Shown: positions 29,466-39,534 of the stretch, in pieces
Layout of the letters: every line of letters begins with the position of its first letter
How positions within the stretch are numbered: the stretch's first letter is position 1
DNA from: Promethearchaeota archaeon
Lineage (GTDB): Archaea > Asgardarchaeota > Lokiarchaeia > Sigyniarchaeales > SOKP01
Assembly: GCA_011364975.1 (NCBI GenBank)
Contig: RDOE01000013.1
Location: 1 to 58,356, forward strand
Length of the DNA: 58,356 nucleotides
Reading direction: 5' to 3'
Translations under genes and position numbers: made by a program
The notes under the pieces: model-generated
Told to the model about the DNA's origin: nothing
Databases searched by the model: none
The model's input: only the letters and a program-made list of their open reading frames with translations

Positions 29466-29755
29466 TATTATGGTAGATATCTGGAATCATATGTTTCGGT
29501 TAATATTTTCATCCAATCGACGGGGTTGCGAAGTCTTAGAAGAAAAGCGGGAGATATAGTTCTGAGCTTTTAGATCAGAGATTTTGGTCTTAAGGACCTT
29601 TTAAGTAGATAATGTGATAACTAGGTTGACCCGTAGTCTTATAAATAGCAAGTAGGATATTAATATTTAGATTTAGAGCATTTTATCAAACTTTTTTTAG
29701 TATTACACAAAACAGAAGTTTAACGGAATTAAATTGGTTTGATAATAGAGGTTAT

Positions 29756-30325
29756 TTATAAAATCTTCTGCATAACATATATATTTTCCAGTTCCTTTAC
29801 AACTTTAAACCCTTCAGCTTTATACAAGGAAAATGGTCCGTGATAACTATGAGCATCTGACAAATCTCCGACTCTAGGGTAAGATTCAATTATTTTTATT
29901 CCTTTATTTTTTAATTGCTTTATACTCTCTTGAAGTAATTTACGTGCTATACCTTTTTTCCTATAAGTAGGTGCTATTAAAAAGCAGACGATTGAAGCTA
30001 TCGTTCCTTTTATAGATCCTTCTATTTCCTTATCAATCGGAAGCTTAAGATAATTTTCTTTAAGGTCGACATTAATCCACCCTATTGGAGTATCATTATC
30101 ATAAGCTAAAAACCCATTTAATTTTCTTGATAATATTAAACTTTTAGAAGCCTCTCTGTTCTGCTTTTTGGTCCGTGCCATCCAATCTTGAGTTGATCCC
30201 GGGCAATAATGAAAATAGCAATAACAACCGGACCATTCGGGGTTATTTGAAAATCCGATTTCATCAAAATAATATAAAAAATCATCAATTAATTCTGGAC
30301 TTAATGGCTTAACTATAAACTTCAT
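29756..30325 (-). CDS. GNAT family N-acetyltransferase
   Basis: CYC motif, IVCFLIAPTYRKKGIARKLL, YHGPFSLYKAEGF. Confidence 0.88.
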   Translation of the reverse strand: MKFIVKPLSPELIDDFLYYFDEIGFSNNPEWSGCYCYFHYCPGSTQDWMARTKKQNREASKSLILSRKLNGFLAYDNDTPIGWINVDLKENYLKLPIDKEIEGSIKGTIASIVCFLIAPTYRKKGIARKLLQESIKQLKNKGIKIIESYPRVGDLSDAHSYHGPFSLYKAEGFKVVKELENIYVMQKIL

Positions 30326-30438
30326 TTTCGGCTCATTATTTAACTATGTAGGATAATTATAAATAAAGTATTATGATACTTTAGAATTAAAATATCTTAT
30401 AATAAGTTGTAATTTATAACGATAAAATACTTATCATT

Positions 30439-31503
30439 ATGAAAAAAATTATCGCAGTTTCAAAAGGAGATGGTATTGGTCCGGAAATTGTTACAGAAGG
30501 AGTAAAAGTTTTAGATACAATTTCAAAGTATACTGATTTTGAATTTGAGTTAAAAGATGCTCCAGCGGGGGGAGAAGTTTGGAAAAAGCATGGCGAAAAT
30601 CTTCCTGATAAATCATTTCAAACAATTAAAAACGCTGATGCATTACTTTTTGGGGCAGTGGGACTACCCGATCTTCCACCAGGAACGGGCGAGTCTGCAG
30701 TTCTCAAGATAAGACAGGGATTAGACTTATATGTAAATCTAAGACCAATAAAGTTATATAATGTTCTTCGGGATAAGTGCCCTCTTAAAGAAGAATATAT
30801 AGGTAAAGGGATTGATATTACGTTCATAAGAGAAAATACTGAGGGTTTATATAAAAATATAGGTAAACTTGAAAAAGATTCTGCTGAAAATCTCATGGTT
30901 TATACAAGAAAGGGATGTGAACGAATAATCAATTATGCATATAAATTTGCGAAAAGAATGGGACATAGAAAGTTAACATCTGTTGATAAAGCAAACCTAT
31001 TATATGCAAGTAAATTCTGGCGGACAATATTTCATGAAATTGGTGAGAAATATCCCGAAATTGAAAAAGAAGATATTTATATTGATGCTTTTTGCCAGTG
31101 GCTTATAAGAGCACCTTATAAGTTTCAAACAGTTGTTACCGATAACATGTTTGGTGATATAATAAGCGATGAAGGAGCTTTTCTTATTGGAAGCTTAGGA
31201 ATGGCTCCTAGCGGTAATATACATCCCGGCAAAGTATCCATGTATGAACCAATTCATGGAAGTGCACCCGATATTGCTGGTAAAGGGATTGCTAACCCAA
31301 TTGGAACAATTTTAAGTATTAAACTTATGTTGCAGGAATCATTTAATTTAGTTGAAATTGGAAATGAAATAGATTTAGCAGTTGAAGATGCATTAAAAGA
31401 AGGTAGAACGGTAGACATTAAACATAAAGACCTAAAAGTCCTTACTACAAGCGAGATGGGTAATTTAATTGTAGATAAATTAAAAAATAAGCTAAAAAAC
31501 TAA
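30439..31503 (+). CDS. leuB: 3-isopropylmalate dehydrogenase
   Basis: GDGIGPEI, RENTEGLY, VDKAN, NMFGDIISD, YEPIHGSAPDIAGKGIANP. Confidence 0.85.
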   Translation: MKKIIAVSKGDGIGPEIVTEGVKVLDTISKYTDFEFELKDAPAGGEVWKKHGENLPDKSFQTIKNADALLFGAVGLPDLPPGTGESAVLKIRQGLDLYVNLRPIKLYNVLRDKCPLKEEYIGKGIDITFIRENTEGLYKNIGKLEKDSAENLMVYTRKGCERIINYAYKFAKRMGHRKLTSVDKANLLYASKFWRTIFHEIGEKYPEIEKEDIYIDAFCQWLIRAPYKFQTVVTDNMFGDIISDEGAFLIGSLGMAPSGNIHPGKVSMYEPIHGSAPDIAGKGIANPIGTILSIKLMLQESFNLVEIGNEIDLAVEDALKEGRTVDIKHKDLKVLTTSEMGNLIVDKLKNKLKN

Positions 31504-31511
31504 ACAATAGC

Positions 31512-33074
31512 TTACTTTAATTTTCTTGTGTTTACAATAGCATCCAACATTACCTTTAAATTTTCATATATTTTAGTTCGAAAATCAGGTCCAATTTTTA
31601 GAAAGAGAATGGTAACAAGTTTTTCCTCCAAATTTTCTTCAATATTTAACTCTTCCATAAACCGAGACCAATTACTATCATCATCAACCCTAATTGCAAC
31701 AACTATTACCCTCTTTTTTCTAATTTTTTGAGTAACTTCAATCAAAAAATCTTTCCAATTTGGAGCAATATGTTTCTTTTCTCTCGCGTCAAAAACACAG
31801 AATACACCGTCTGAATTTGAAAGATTAAAGTTTTTATAAGTAAAGCAGCTTAAAATTAAACCATTTTTATATGTAAATAACTTCTCTTGTGAATTATTTT
31901 TAATTTCAGAATAATCGCCTAGCTTTTCAATATCAAATATAGTTTGAAAACCTGGATTCCAACTAAGCGTTTCATTAATAAAAGTTAACTCTAAAATCAC
32001 CAATTCTTTAAGGGTTAAATTTATTGCTCTATAGAGCTCATCTTTCAGGATTTCTCTTTCTTTTTGTTTACTTTTCATGATATAATGATAAGCTATTAAT
32101 TCAAAAGCTTCGTGTACATTTTCACCAGTTAAGGCGCTTGTTTCTAAGTAGGAAAGCCCTTCTTCAGAAAGAGAGGAAGCTAATTTTTGACCCTTTTCAG
32201 TAGAAATTTGTCGTTCATTGCTTAAATCAGATTTATTTCCAATGATAATTATAGGTATATCTTTTTCATCAAGAAGATTGGAAATTTCTTGAAACCAATT
32301 ATTAATGTTGATAAATGAGGAGGGTTGAGTTAAATCAAATACAACAAATGCAGCTTCTGCACCTGAATAATACATCTTCCTGAATCTTTTAAAATATTGC
32401 TGAGCTCCAATATCCCATAATTGCACATTTATATCATTTCCTTCAAAATTAAAGTTATGAGCTAAAATATTAAGACCTATTGTTGCTCGATAATCAGCCG
32501 AAAATTTTTTTTCAACAAAACGCCGTACAATAGAAGTTTTTCCTACTTCATGATCCCCAACTATTATAAATTTAAAAGCATAGGTACCATATTCCTCTTT
32601 ATTAGATTGAAAAATTGAATGCTTTAATTTTTCATGTCGATCTAATTCTTGTTCAAAATCAGGAATTGAAAGTTGTATTAAATCCTGCTCTTTTGCGTTT
32701 ATAATTTGAGCACATTTTTCAGCTAAAAAATAGGCATAAGGAGATACTTTTTCTACTGAAGCCATTGCATTAAAAATTATACTCAGAATTCTCTCTTCAT
32801 CAATTGAAATGAATAAAAGTCTATATTCATCTGTATCAAATGAGCCTGTTCCGAACTTTTTGAAAGCAAACTCATTTCGGATTCGTTCTAAAACGGGATT
32901 AATTAAGATGGTCAATACAGAAACAATTTCAAGACTGCTTTGAATATCTTTTCTTTTTTCTCCAGCAATTATTAATCCTTCTACATCTGAAACTACAACT
33001 GCTTCTACATCCGTAAACTTATCAATAAAATTATTTAAAATCTCAGTAAACATCTTATTTCTATTTATAACCAT
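31512..33074 (-). CDS. Roadblock-like domain + Rab-like small GTPase + degenerate GTPase-like domain
   Basis: VEAVVVSDVEGLIIA (Roadblock), GDHEVGKTS, TIG, WDIGAQ, GNKSD, ETSAL; C-terminal SDGVFCVFDAR. Confidence 0.85.
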   Translation of the reverse strand: MVINRNKMFTEILNNFIDKFTDVEAVVVSDVEGLIIAGEKRKDIQSSLEIVSVLTILINPVLERIRNEFAFKKFGTGSFDTDEYRLLFISIDEERILSIIFNAMASVEKVSPYAYFLAEKCAQIINAKEQDLIQLSIPDFEQELDRHEKLKHSIFQSNKEEYGTYAFKFIIVGDHEVGKTSIVRRFVEKKFSADYRATIGLNILAHNFNFEGNDINVQLWDIGAQQYFKRFRKMYYSGAEAAFVVFDLTQPSSFININNWFQEISNLLDEKDIPIIIIGNKSDLSNERQISTEKGQKLASSLSEEGLSYLETSALTGENVHEAFELIAYHYIMKSKQKEREILKDELYRAINLTLKELVILELTFINETLSWNPGFQTIFDIEKLGDYSEIKNNSQEKLFTYKNGLILSCFTYKNFNLSNSDGVFCVFDAREKKHIAPNWKDFLIEVTQKIRKKRVIVVAIRVDDDSNWSRFMEELNIEENLEEKLVTILFLKIGPDFRTKIYENLKVMLDAIVNTRKLK

Positions 33075-33196
33075 TTAAATCAACTTGTTATAGTAATAAT
33101 GTTATTGCTAAAATTATTCTTATCAATAATATAACATAACTTAAATTTAAAAATAGTTTTTCTGAATCGCGAATTATTATAGAAGCTATAATGAAT

Positions 33197-34765
33197 TTAA
33201 AGAATATTCAAAATAGTGTTGAACATGACTTCAAGTTCATCATAAATCTCTAACCGATATTCAAATCCTATTTTGAAAAATAGCAAAGAAACTAATTTCT
33301 TTTCAAGATATTCGTTTACATTAAATTCTTCCATCATTATAGACCAATCAGATTCATTAGAAACTCTTAATCCGATTAATGCTACAGCATTCTCTTTAAG
33401 TTGTTGAAGAATTTTAATTATAATTTCTTTCCATCCAGAATCAATATGTTGTTTATTTCTTGCATCAAAAATAATAAAAACTCCATCTGAATTTGTAACA
33501 TCAAACTCTTTAAATAAGTAATTGTTAATTTTTACTCCATTGGAATATTCATATACTCGTTTGTCTTTATCATCAATTGCTTTATCACATTCGCATAAGC
33601 TATTCACTTCATTAAGAATTTGAAATCCAGGACTCCAATAAGGATTTTCAGTTATAAATGTTACATTTAATGAAGCTTTTTTATTTAATATCGATTTAAT
33701 TATACCCATTAATCGAATTCTTAACTTTTCTTCCTCTTTTTCTTTGCTTCTAATGATATAATGGTACGCGATTAATGTGAATGCATCCTCGATGTTTTCT
33801 CCTGTAAGAGCGCTTGTTTCAATGTACGAGATATCTCTATTTTGGCTTTCTTTTGCTAGCTCATTCACAAATTTGACTCCATCTTGATATGATACTGATC
33901 TTTCTTGGGGTAAGTCGATTTTATTTCCTACAATAACAATAGGAATATCCTTATTCTTAACATAATCATAAAGTTCTTTATACCACTTTTTTATATTACT
34001 AAAAGACGCAGTATTTGAGATATCAAATACTATGAACCCTGCTTGCGTTCCCAAATAATATGTTTTTCTAAATCTTTTAAAGTAATCCTGAGCTCCTATA
34101 TCCCAGAGTGAAAAATCAATCTGATTGCCATAAAATTCCATCGAATGGGCAAGAATATTTAACCCAATTGTGGCTCTATAATCTAAAGAAAACTTATTTT
34201 CGACAAATCTGCGAATGATAGAAGTTTTACCAACCTCGTGGTCTCCAATAATAACGAATTTGAATTTATAGACACCACCAGAATCCAATCTCATCTGGTA
34301 TATTTGTTCCTTTATTCTTTGAGAACTTTCAGATGAATCAGATTCGATTTCAAAGTTTGGAATATAAACTTGAACCATATCACCTTCTTGAGCATTCATT
34401 ATTTGAGCTATCTTTTCTGCAAGAAAATAAGCATAAGGACTTATTTTATCAATAGAAGCCAATGTGTCCAAAACTAAACTCAAAATTATATTCTCATCAA
34501 TTGAAATAAATAGTAAACGAAATTCTTCTGTATCAAAACTCGCAGTTCCATACTTCTTAAAAGCAAATTCATTTCGCATTCTCTCTAAAATTGGATTTAT
34601 TAATCCAGTTAAAACAGATACTAATTCTATATCAACATTATCACGTTTTTCACCAGAAATTATAAAACCTTCATGATCCGAAATTAAAACTGCTTTTACA
34701 TCTTCGTTAATTGTTAAAAAATTATTTAACAGCTCTTTAAAGAGCTTATCGCTTTTAAGAGACAT
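33197..34765 (-). CDS. Roadblock-like domain + Rab-like small GTPase + degenerate GTPase-like domain (paralog)
   Basis: VKAVLISDHEGFIIS, GDHEVGKTS, WDIGAQ, GNKID, ETSAL, SDGVFIIFDAR; colinear with 31512..33074. Confidence 0.85.
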   Translation of the reverse strand: MSLKSDKLFKELLNNFLTINEDVKAVLISDHEGFIISGEKRDNVDIELVSVLTGLINPILERMRNEFAFKKYGTASFDTEEFRLLFISIDENIILSLVLDTLASIDKISPYAYFLAEKIAQIMNAQEGDMVQVYIPNFEIESDSSESSQRIKEQIYQMRLDSGGVYKFKFVIIGDHEVGKTSIIRRFVENKFSLDYRATIGLNILAHSMEFYGNQIDFSLWDIGAQDYFKRFRKTYYLGTQAGFIVFDISNTASFSNIKKWYKELYDYVKNKDIPIVIVGNKIDLPQERSVSYQDGVKFVNELAKESQNRDISYIETSALTGENIEDAFTLIAYHYIIRSKEKEEEKLRIRLMGIIKSILNKKASLNVTFITENPYWSPGFQILNEVNSLCECDKAIDDKDKRVYEYSNGVKINNYLFKEFDVTNSDGVFIIFDARNKQHIDSGWKEIIIKILQQLKENAVALIGLRVSNESDWSIMMEEFNVNEYLEKKLVSLLFFKIGFEYRLEIYDELEVMFNTILNIL

Positions 34766-34877
34766 AATGGATTCTATTATGTATAGATTAGTTCAGCCTA
34801 TATTATTACTAATTGCATACACTTAAAAGTGTGTAAATTATAATTTATTAAATAATTTTCTAGTGGTGTGCTATCTA

Positions 34878-35453
34878 TTGGTCAATTGTATTATCTGCCA
34901 TATGGGGATTATTGAAGGTGTGGATAAGGAACAAACTTGTCCTAATGGTCATCAAGTACACCATGATTGCTTAAAGGATTGGCTAATTCATTCGCAAAAT
35001 TGTCCTCTATGTAATGAAACGTACTCTTCGAGTATTCTTGTTCAATTTAAAAATTATATTCAACAAAAAGAGGATGAGAAGTTATTCGCTCTGCAAAATG
35101 CTATGAGATTAGAAGAACTTGAAAAATTAAAAAAACTTGCAGAAAAAATGGCTTTTTTAAAGTTTGAGGAATCGATAAATGTTTTAATTAAAGAGAAGGA
35201 GTATGAATATGCGCTTTCTCGGTTAGATTTTCACGATAATGAAAACCAATCCCCAGAAAGAAGTCTTAAAATTCTTTTTCTTAAAGGAAAGATAAATTAT
35301 ATGCGAGGTCGATTCGATTTAGCAATAAATCAACTATTTAAATTAGTTAAAGAGAAATATGATTATCCTGAAGGTTTTTTATATCTAGGTAAAGCCTATG
35401 AAGCATTAGGATTAAAAGATAAAGCAAAATGGGCGTATGAAAGAGTTAAATAA
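34878..35453 (+). CDS. RING-H2 finger + TPR protein (putative E3 ligase)
   Basis: CIIC...CPNGHQVHHDC..W...CPLC; TPR-like LFLKGKINYMRGRFDLAI and FLYLGKAYEALGLKDKA; likely start TTG34878 after GTGGTG. Confidence 0.82.
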   Translation: MVNCIICHMGIIEGVDKEQTCPNGHQVHHDCLKDWLIHSQNCPLCNETYSSSILVQFKNYIQQKEDEKLFALQNAMRLEELEKLKKLAEKMAFLKFEESINVLIKEKEYEYALSRLDFHDNENQSPERSLKILFLKGKINYMRGRFDLAINQLFKLVKEKYDYPEGFLYLGKAYEALGLKDKAKWAYERVK

Positions 35454-35479
35454 GCTTCGAATTTTATTATATTTATAAA

Positions 35480-36877
35480 ATGAAACCCTATTGTTTAACA
35501 ATTGCAGGATCTGATCCAACTTCTGGGGCGGGAATTCAAGCGGATATTCGCACTTTTGACCGAATTGGTGTACATCCCTTTTCGGTTATCACTGCAATTA
35601 CATATCAAACTGCTACGGAATTTTTAGGCTATAAATCTCTTTCAGATGATTTAGATAAACAATTGGATGTGATATTAAGTTCATATCCAATTAAGTTTGT
35701 TAAAATTGGCATGATAACTGATATTAAAAGTTTAGAAATAATAAAAAATGCGATAATATCTTATAATTTAATTGCAATACTGGATCCATTAAGCATATCT
35801 AGTGCTGGAGGAAGGCTTTCGAGTGAAGGTTTAGAATTTGAACTTGAAAGAGATTTATTCCCTTACATCACCATCCTTACTCCAAATTTAAGTGAAGCAA
35901 ACTTTTACGCACATATGGAGGTTAGAAATGATATTACAATAAATCTTGATCAGTTGCAATTAATTGCGAAGAATATCACTAAAAGTCTTTATTTAGATAA
36001 AAGCTCGTTCGATAAAGAGAAAGCACTAATTATAAAAAGTGCTGGTAGCAACGAAAAAAATATTTTTGATTTTGTTTGCTTCATTAATCCAAAAAGTCGC
36101 AAAGATAAATTTGAATACAAGTTATATGGAAAACCTAAAATACAAGTAAAGGGTAATGTGCATGGTACGGGGTGTGTTTTTTCTTCTGCAATTACAGCTT
36201 ATTTAGCTAAAAATTATTCAATAAAAGAAGCTGTGGATAAAGCGGAAGGTTTTTTTAATAATAAGTTTCAAAATGTTATTGATTTATCTACTAAAGGAAA
36301 AGTGTTGGATTTAACATTATCGAATGATGAAATACAAGTTATAAGTCAAATAAAAGAACTCTATAATTATATATCTAGTGATAATCGATTTGCGATACTT
36401 ATTCCAGAAGTTCGTATGAACATATCCGGGTCATTACCTGATGCTAAATCAAAGGAGGAAATTGCGGGAATCGAGGGAAGAGTAACCATCATAGATGGAT
36501 ACCCCTATGCTTCTGGAGACGTAAAGTTTGGAGTATCTGATCATACTGCTAGACTCATTCTCGAAGCAAAAAAGTATGATAATTCTATTAATTTTGTTAT
36601 TAACCTAAAATATAGTCCAGAATGGGTGAAACTCATTGAATCTAACACCGATCTGACACTTAAGGAAATTATCAGGGAGGATCAGCCTGAAAAAATGCGC
36701 AATAAGGAAGATTCGACTATGCAATGGTTAATTAAAAGAAGTATAGAAGAAATTGGAAGGATTCCTGATATAATTTGGGATAAAGGATCGATGGGTAAAG
36801 AACCAATGTTGAGATTATTCGGAAAGGATTCAAATGATATGAAACTAAAATTGAAAAAAATTATCACCTTATTCTAG
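35480..36877 (+). CDS. thiD: HMP/HMP-P kinase ThiD fused to thiamine-phosphate synthase ThiN
   Basis: LTIAGSDPTSGAGIQAD, TPNLSEA, HGTGC; ThiN part LIPEVRMNI, GIEGRV, FGVSDHTAR, GKEPM. Confidence 0.9.
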   Translation: MKPYCLTIAGSDPTSGAGIQADIRTFDRIGVHPFSVITAITYQTATEFLGYKSLSDDLDKQLDVILSSYPIKFVKIGMITDIKSLEIIKNAIISYNLIAILDPLSISSAGGRLSSEGLEFELERDLFPYITILTPNLSEANFYAHMEVRNDITINLDQLQLIAKNITKSLYLDKSSFDKEKALIIKSAGSNEKNIFDFVCFINPKSRKDKFEYKLYGKPKIQVKGNVHGTGCVFSSAITAYLAKNYSIKEAVDKAEGFFNNKFQNVIDLSTKGKVLDLTLSNDEIQVISQIKELYNYISSDNRFAILIPEVRMNISGSLPDAKSKEEIAGIEGRVTIIDGYPYASGDVKFGVSDHTARLILEAKKYDNSINFVINLKYSPEWVKLIESNTDLTLKEIIREDQPEKMRNKEDSTMQWLIKRSIEEIGRIPDIIWDKGSMGKEPMLRLFGKDSNDMKLKLKKIITLF

Positions 36878-36939
36878 TTTTTTCAATTTTTTAATAAAAC
36901 CAATTTATCTGAAATATCCATATTCTTGCTATTTATAGG

Positions 36940-38253
36940 TTAAAGTAAAGTTTTTGACTTATTTTTATCTAATGCATCTTTAAGGATTTTGATCGCACAA
37001 AATTCACCACACATACTGCATACATCATCTTCAATATTACCATTTCGATAATGGACTTTTCTTGAAAGTTCAGGATCAATCGATTGGTTTATCATTTCAT
37101 CCCAATCTAGATTCTTACGAGCGATATCCATTTTATAATCCCAATTTGAGGCTCTTTTTCCATATTTGGCAATATTTACCGCATGAGCGGCAATTTTAGA
37201 CGCAATTACACCCTGTTTAACCTCTTCCTTATTTGGTAACGCAAGATGTTCAGAAGGAGTTACATAACATAAATAATCAGCTCCTGCTAACCCTGCCATA
37301 ACTCCACCGATTGCACTTACAAGATGATCATAACCGGGAGCTATATCAGTAACTAAGGGACCTAGTACGTAAAATGGTGCCCCTTCACATAAAGATTTCA
37401 TTATTTTAATATTTCTTTCTATTTCGTTGGCGGGTATATGTCCTGGGCCTTCAACCATAACCTGGACATTTTTTTGCCAAGCCCTTTTAACTAATTTCGA
37501 GATCTCGATAAGTTCCTGTATTTGGGCATAGTCAGTAGAATCAAAGATACACCCCGGTCTCATTCCATCTCCTAGGGACAAGGTAAAATCAAATTCCTTT
37601 GCTAATTCTAATAAATAATCATAATTTTTATTAAAAGGATTTTCTAAACCATTTTCAAGTATCCAAGCTGCCAAAAATGTACCGCCTCGAGAAACTACTC
37701 CCATAGTTCTTGGATGGTCTTTTAAATAATCGACAATACTCTTTGTAACCCCTACATGAATGGTAAAGAAATCCACTCCTTCTTTAGCTTGTTCCTCCAC
37801 AACACCAAAAAGATCATCTTCATCAAAATTTATAATAGCACCTTTTCTTTCGAGGGAACGTAATGCTGATTGATAAATAGGGACAGTACCTATAGGAACT
37901 TTAACTTCTTCCAAAATTTTCCTTCTTATTTGCTTCACATCCTCCTCAGTTACTCCTGTGCTGAGATCCATAACAGTATCTGCACCATATTTAACAGCAA
38001 TTTTAGCTTTCTCTAATTCACCTTGAATATTACATACTTTCTTACTAGATCCGATATTTGCATTAATTTTAACAAGCAATCCTTCTCCAATACCGATTGG
38101 GTCAGTAATACGCTGATTTGACTTTGGAATGATAATACGTCCTTGAGCTATCCCTTTACGTATGAATTCAACATCAACTTGTTCTTTTTGAGCTACAATC
38201 TCCATGTCTTTAGTAATTTTTCCATCTCGGGCGTGCTTTAATAATGTTGACAA
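36940..38253 (-). CDS. thiC: phosphomethylpyrimidine synthase
   Basis: KINANIGSS, GTVPIYQ, VSRGG, SLGDGMRPG, MVEGPGH, CSMCGEFC. Confidence 0.95.
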   Translation of the reverse strand: MSTLLKHARDGKITKDMEIVAQKEQVDVEFIRKGIAQGRIIIPKSNQRITDPIGIGEGLLVKINANIGSSKKVCNIQGELEKAKIAVKYGADTVMDLSTGVTEEDVKQIRRKILEEVKVPIGTVPIYQSALRSLERKGAIINFDEDDLFGVVEEQAKEGVDFFTIHVGVTKSIVDYLKDHPRTMGVVSRGGTFLAAWILENGLENPFNKNYDYLLELAKEFDFTLSLGDGMRPGCIFDSTDYAQIQELIEISKLVKRAWQKNVQVMVEGPGHIPANEIERNIKIMKSLCEGAPFYVLGPLVTDIAPGYDHLVSAIGGVMAGLAGADYLCYVTPSEHLALPNKEEVKQGVIASKIAAHAVNIAKYGKRASNWDYKMDIARKNLDWDEMINQSIDPELSRKVHYRNGNIEDDVCSMCGEFCAIKILKDALDKNKSKTLL

Positions 38254-38403
38254 GTGTATTAGCCTTTAACTTTTATAATTTACAATAATAATAACAAATA
38301 TATATTTAAATTAAGTAATAAAATCTGAATTAAATTCTTTTGTTTAATACCTCATAAGTCTCTTTAATCCAAAAATAAAAAAAAAGCGATATGATTTTAT
38401 ATT

Positions 38404-38727
38404 TTACTTAGGAATAGGCATACCTACTGTTTCTAATGCCTCTGTTATCGTTGACCATACTCTGGTTTTATATTCTAGTCCCTTGATATCTTGAAACATA
38501 GTCATCCGCTTTCCAGCCCAATTTAATGCTTCTCCAAGATTTTCTCTTTTTGTTTCCATTACACTCATTGCCTTTACACCAGTTTTTCCTGTGGTTACAG
38601 ATACAGGAATCGTTTCTTTTCCTAAAGATTTATCAAATGGATATTTCTTCAGCATTTCAAAATATCTTTCAGTGACTACTTTTACTATATCAGTTGGATA
38701 CCAAATAGTAATAATTATATATGGCAT
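38404..38727 (-). CDS. hypothetical protein
   Basis: 107-aa ORF with GAGGT RBS. Confidence 0.7.
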   Translation of the reverse strand: MPYIIITIWYPTDIVKVVTERYFEMLKKYPFDKSLGKETIPVSVTTGKTGVKAMSVMETKRENLGEALNWAGKRMTMFQDIKGLEYKTRVWSTITEALETVGMPIPK

Positions 38728-38858
38728 ATTGCGTACCTCATTATATATCTATAATCTTTATTTATTAGATTTCGATGTAAATAATTATTAGATAATCTAA
38801 GATTTATATTTTACTTTGGTGTCAATTAAATTAGATTTAAATAATGAAGAAATTCTAG

Positions 38859-39326
38859 TTAAAATCCTATTTTGAGTTGTTTTAAAAGTTCAACAAGTGA
38901 TTCAGTTAATTTATATTCTTTTAATTCATCAAAGGGTACAAACCTAGCCTCTAGTGCATCATCTTGTGCTTTCGGCAGCTGATCATGATTCCCATCAATC
39001 TGTTTTACAAAGTAATTGATTAAAACATAATGATATTCAACTTTACCACTTTTATCATACATAATTTTATTAATAATACCCGCTAGACTTGTAATTTTCA
39101 CATTAAATCCTGTTTCTTCTAATGCTTCCCTTTCTGCGGCATCCTCGACTCTTTCTCCAAGATCTAAATGACCACCTGGGATTGACCAATAACCTGCATC
39201 AGGATTATATTTTCTTTTAACCAATAATAACTTTTCATTTCGAACTAATAAAACCCCTACTCCAACTTGAGGTCTTATTGGATAATGACGAGTATCAAAA
39301 GCCATTAATCTTTTCTTTTTAACCAT
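38859..39326 (-). CDS. NUDIX hydrolase
   Basis: Nudix box GGHLDLGERVEDAAEREALEETG. Confidence 0.9.
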   Translation of the reverse strand: MVKKKRLMAFDTRHYPIRPQVGVGVLLVRNEKLLLVKRKYNPDAGYWSIPGGHLDLGERVEDAAEREALEETGFNVKITSLAGIINKIMYDKSGKVEYHYVLINYFVKQIDGNHDQLPKAQDDALEARFVPFDELKEYKLTESLVELLKQLKIGF

Positions 39327-39534
39327 ATACAATCAAAATTACTAAATTGAATAAATATTATTTTTAATTTAATATTAAAATCCATGATTCTTATACCTTA
39401 ACCAAGGTTGTATATTTTAGGAAATCAAAAAGGTTATCCAAACAAAAATCCTAATTTTTTTATAATTTTATTCCTTTTTTATGCTAAGAACTAGTCTCAT
39501 GCATTAATGGGTTAAAAGCAGAAATTTTAATATA

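Noticed and set aside
38254-38403. TPP riboswitch upstream of thiC
   Set aside because: The region is very AT-rich and I found no GCUGAGA or AGCG-type conserved elements on the minus strand.
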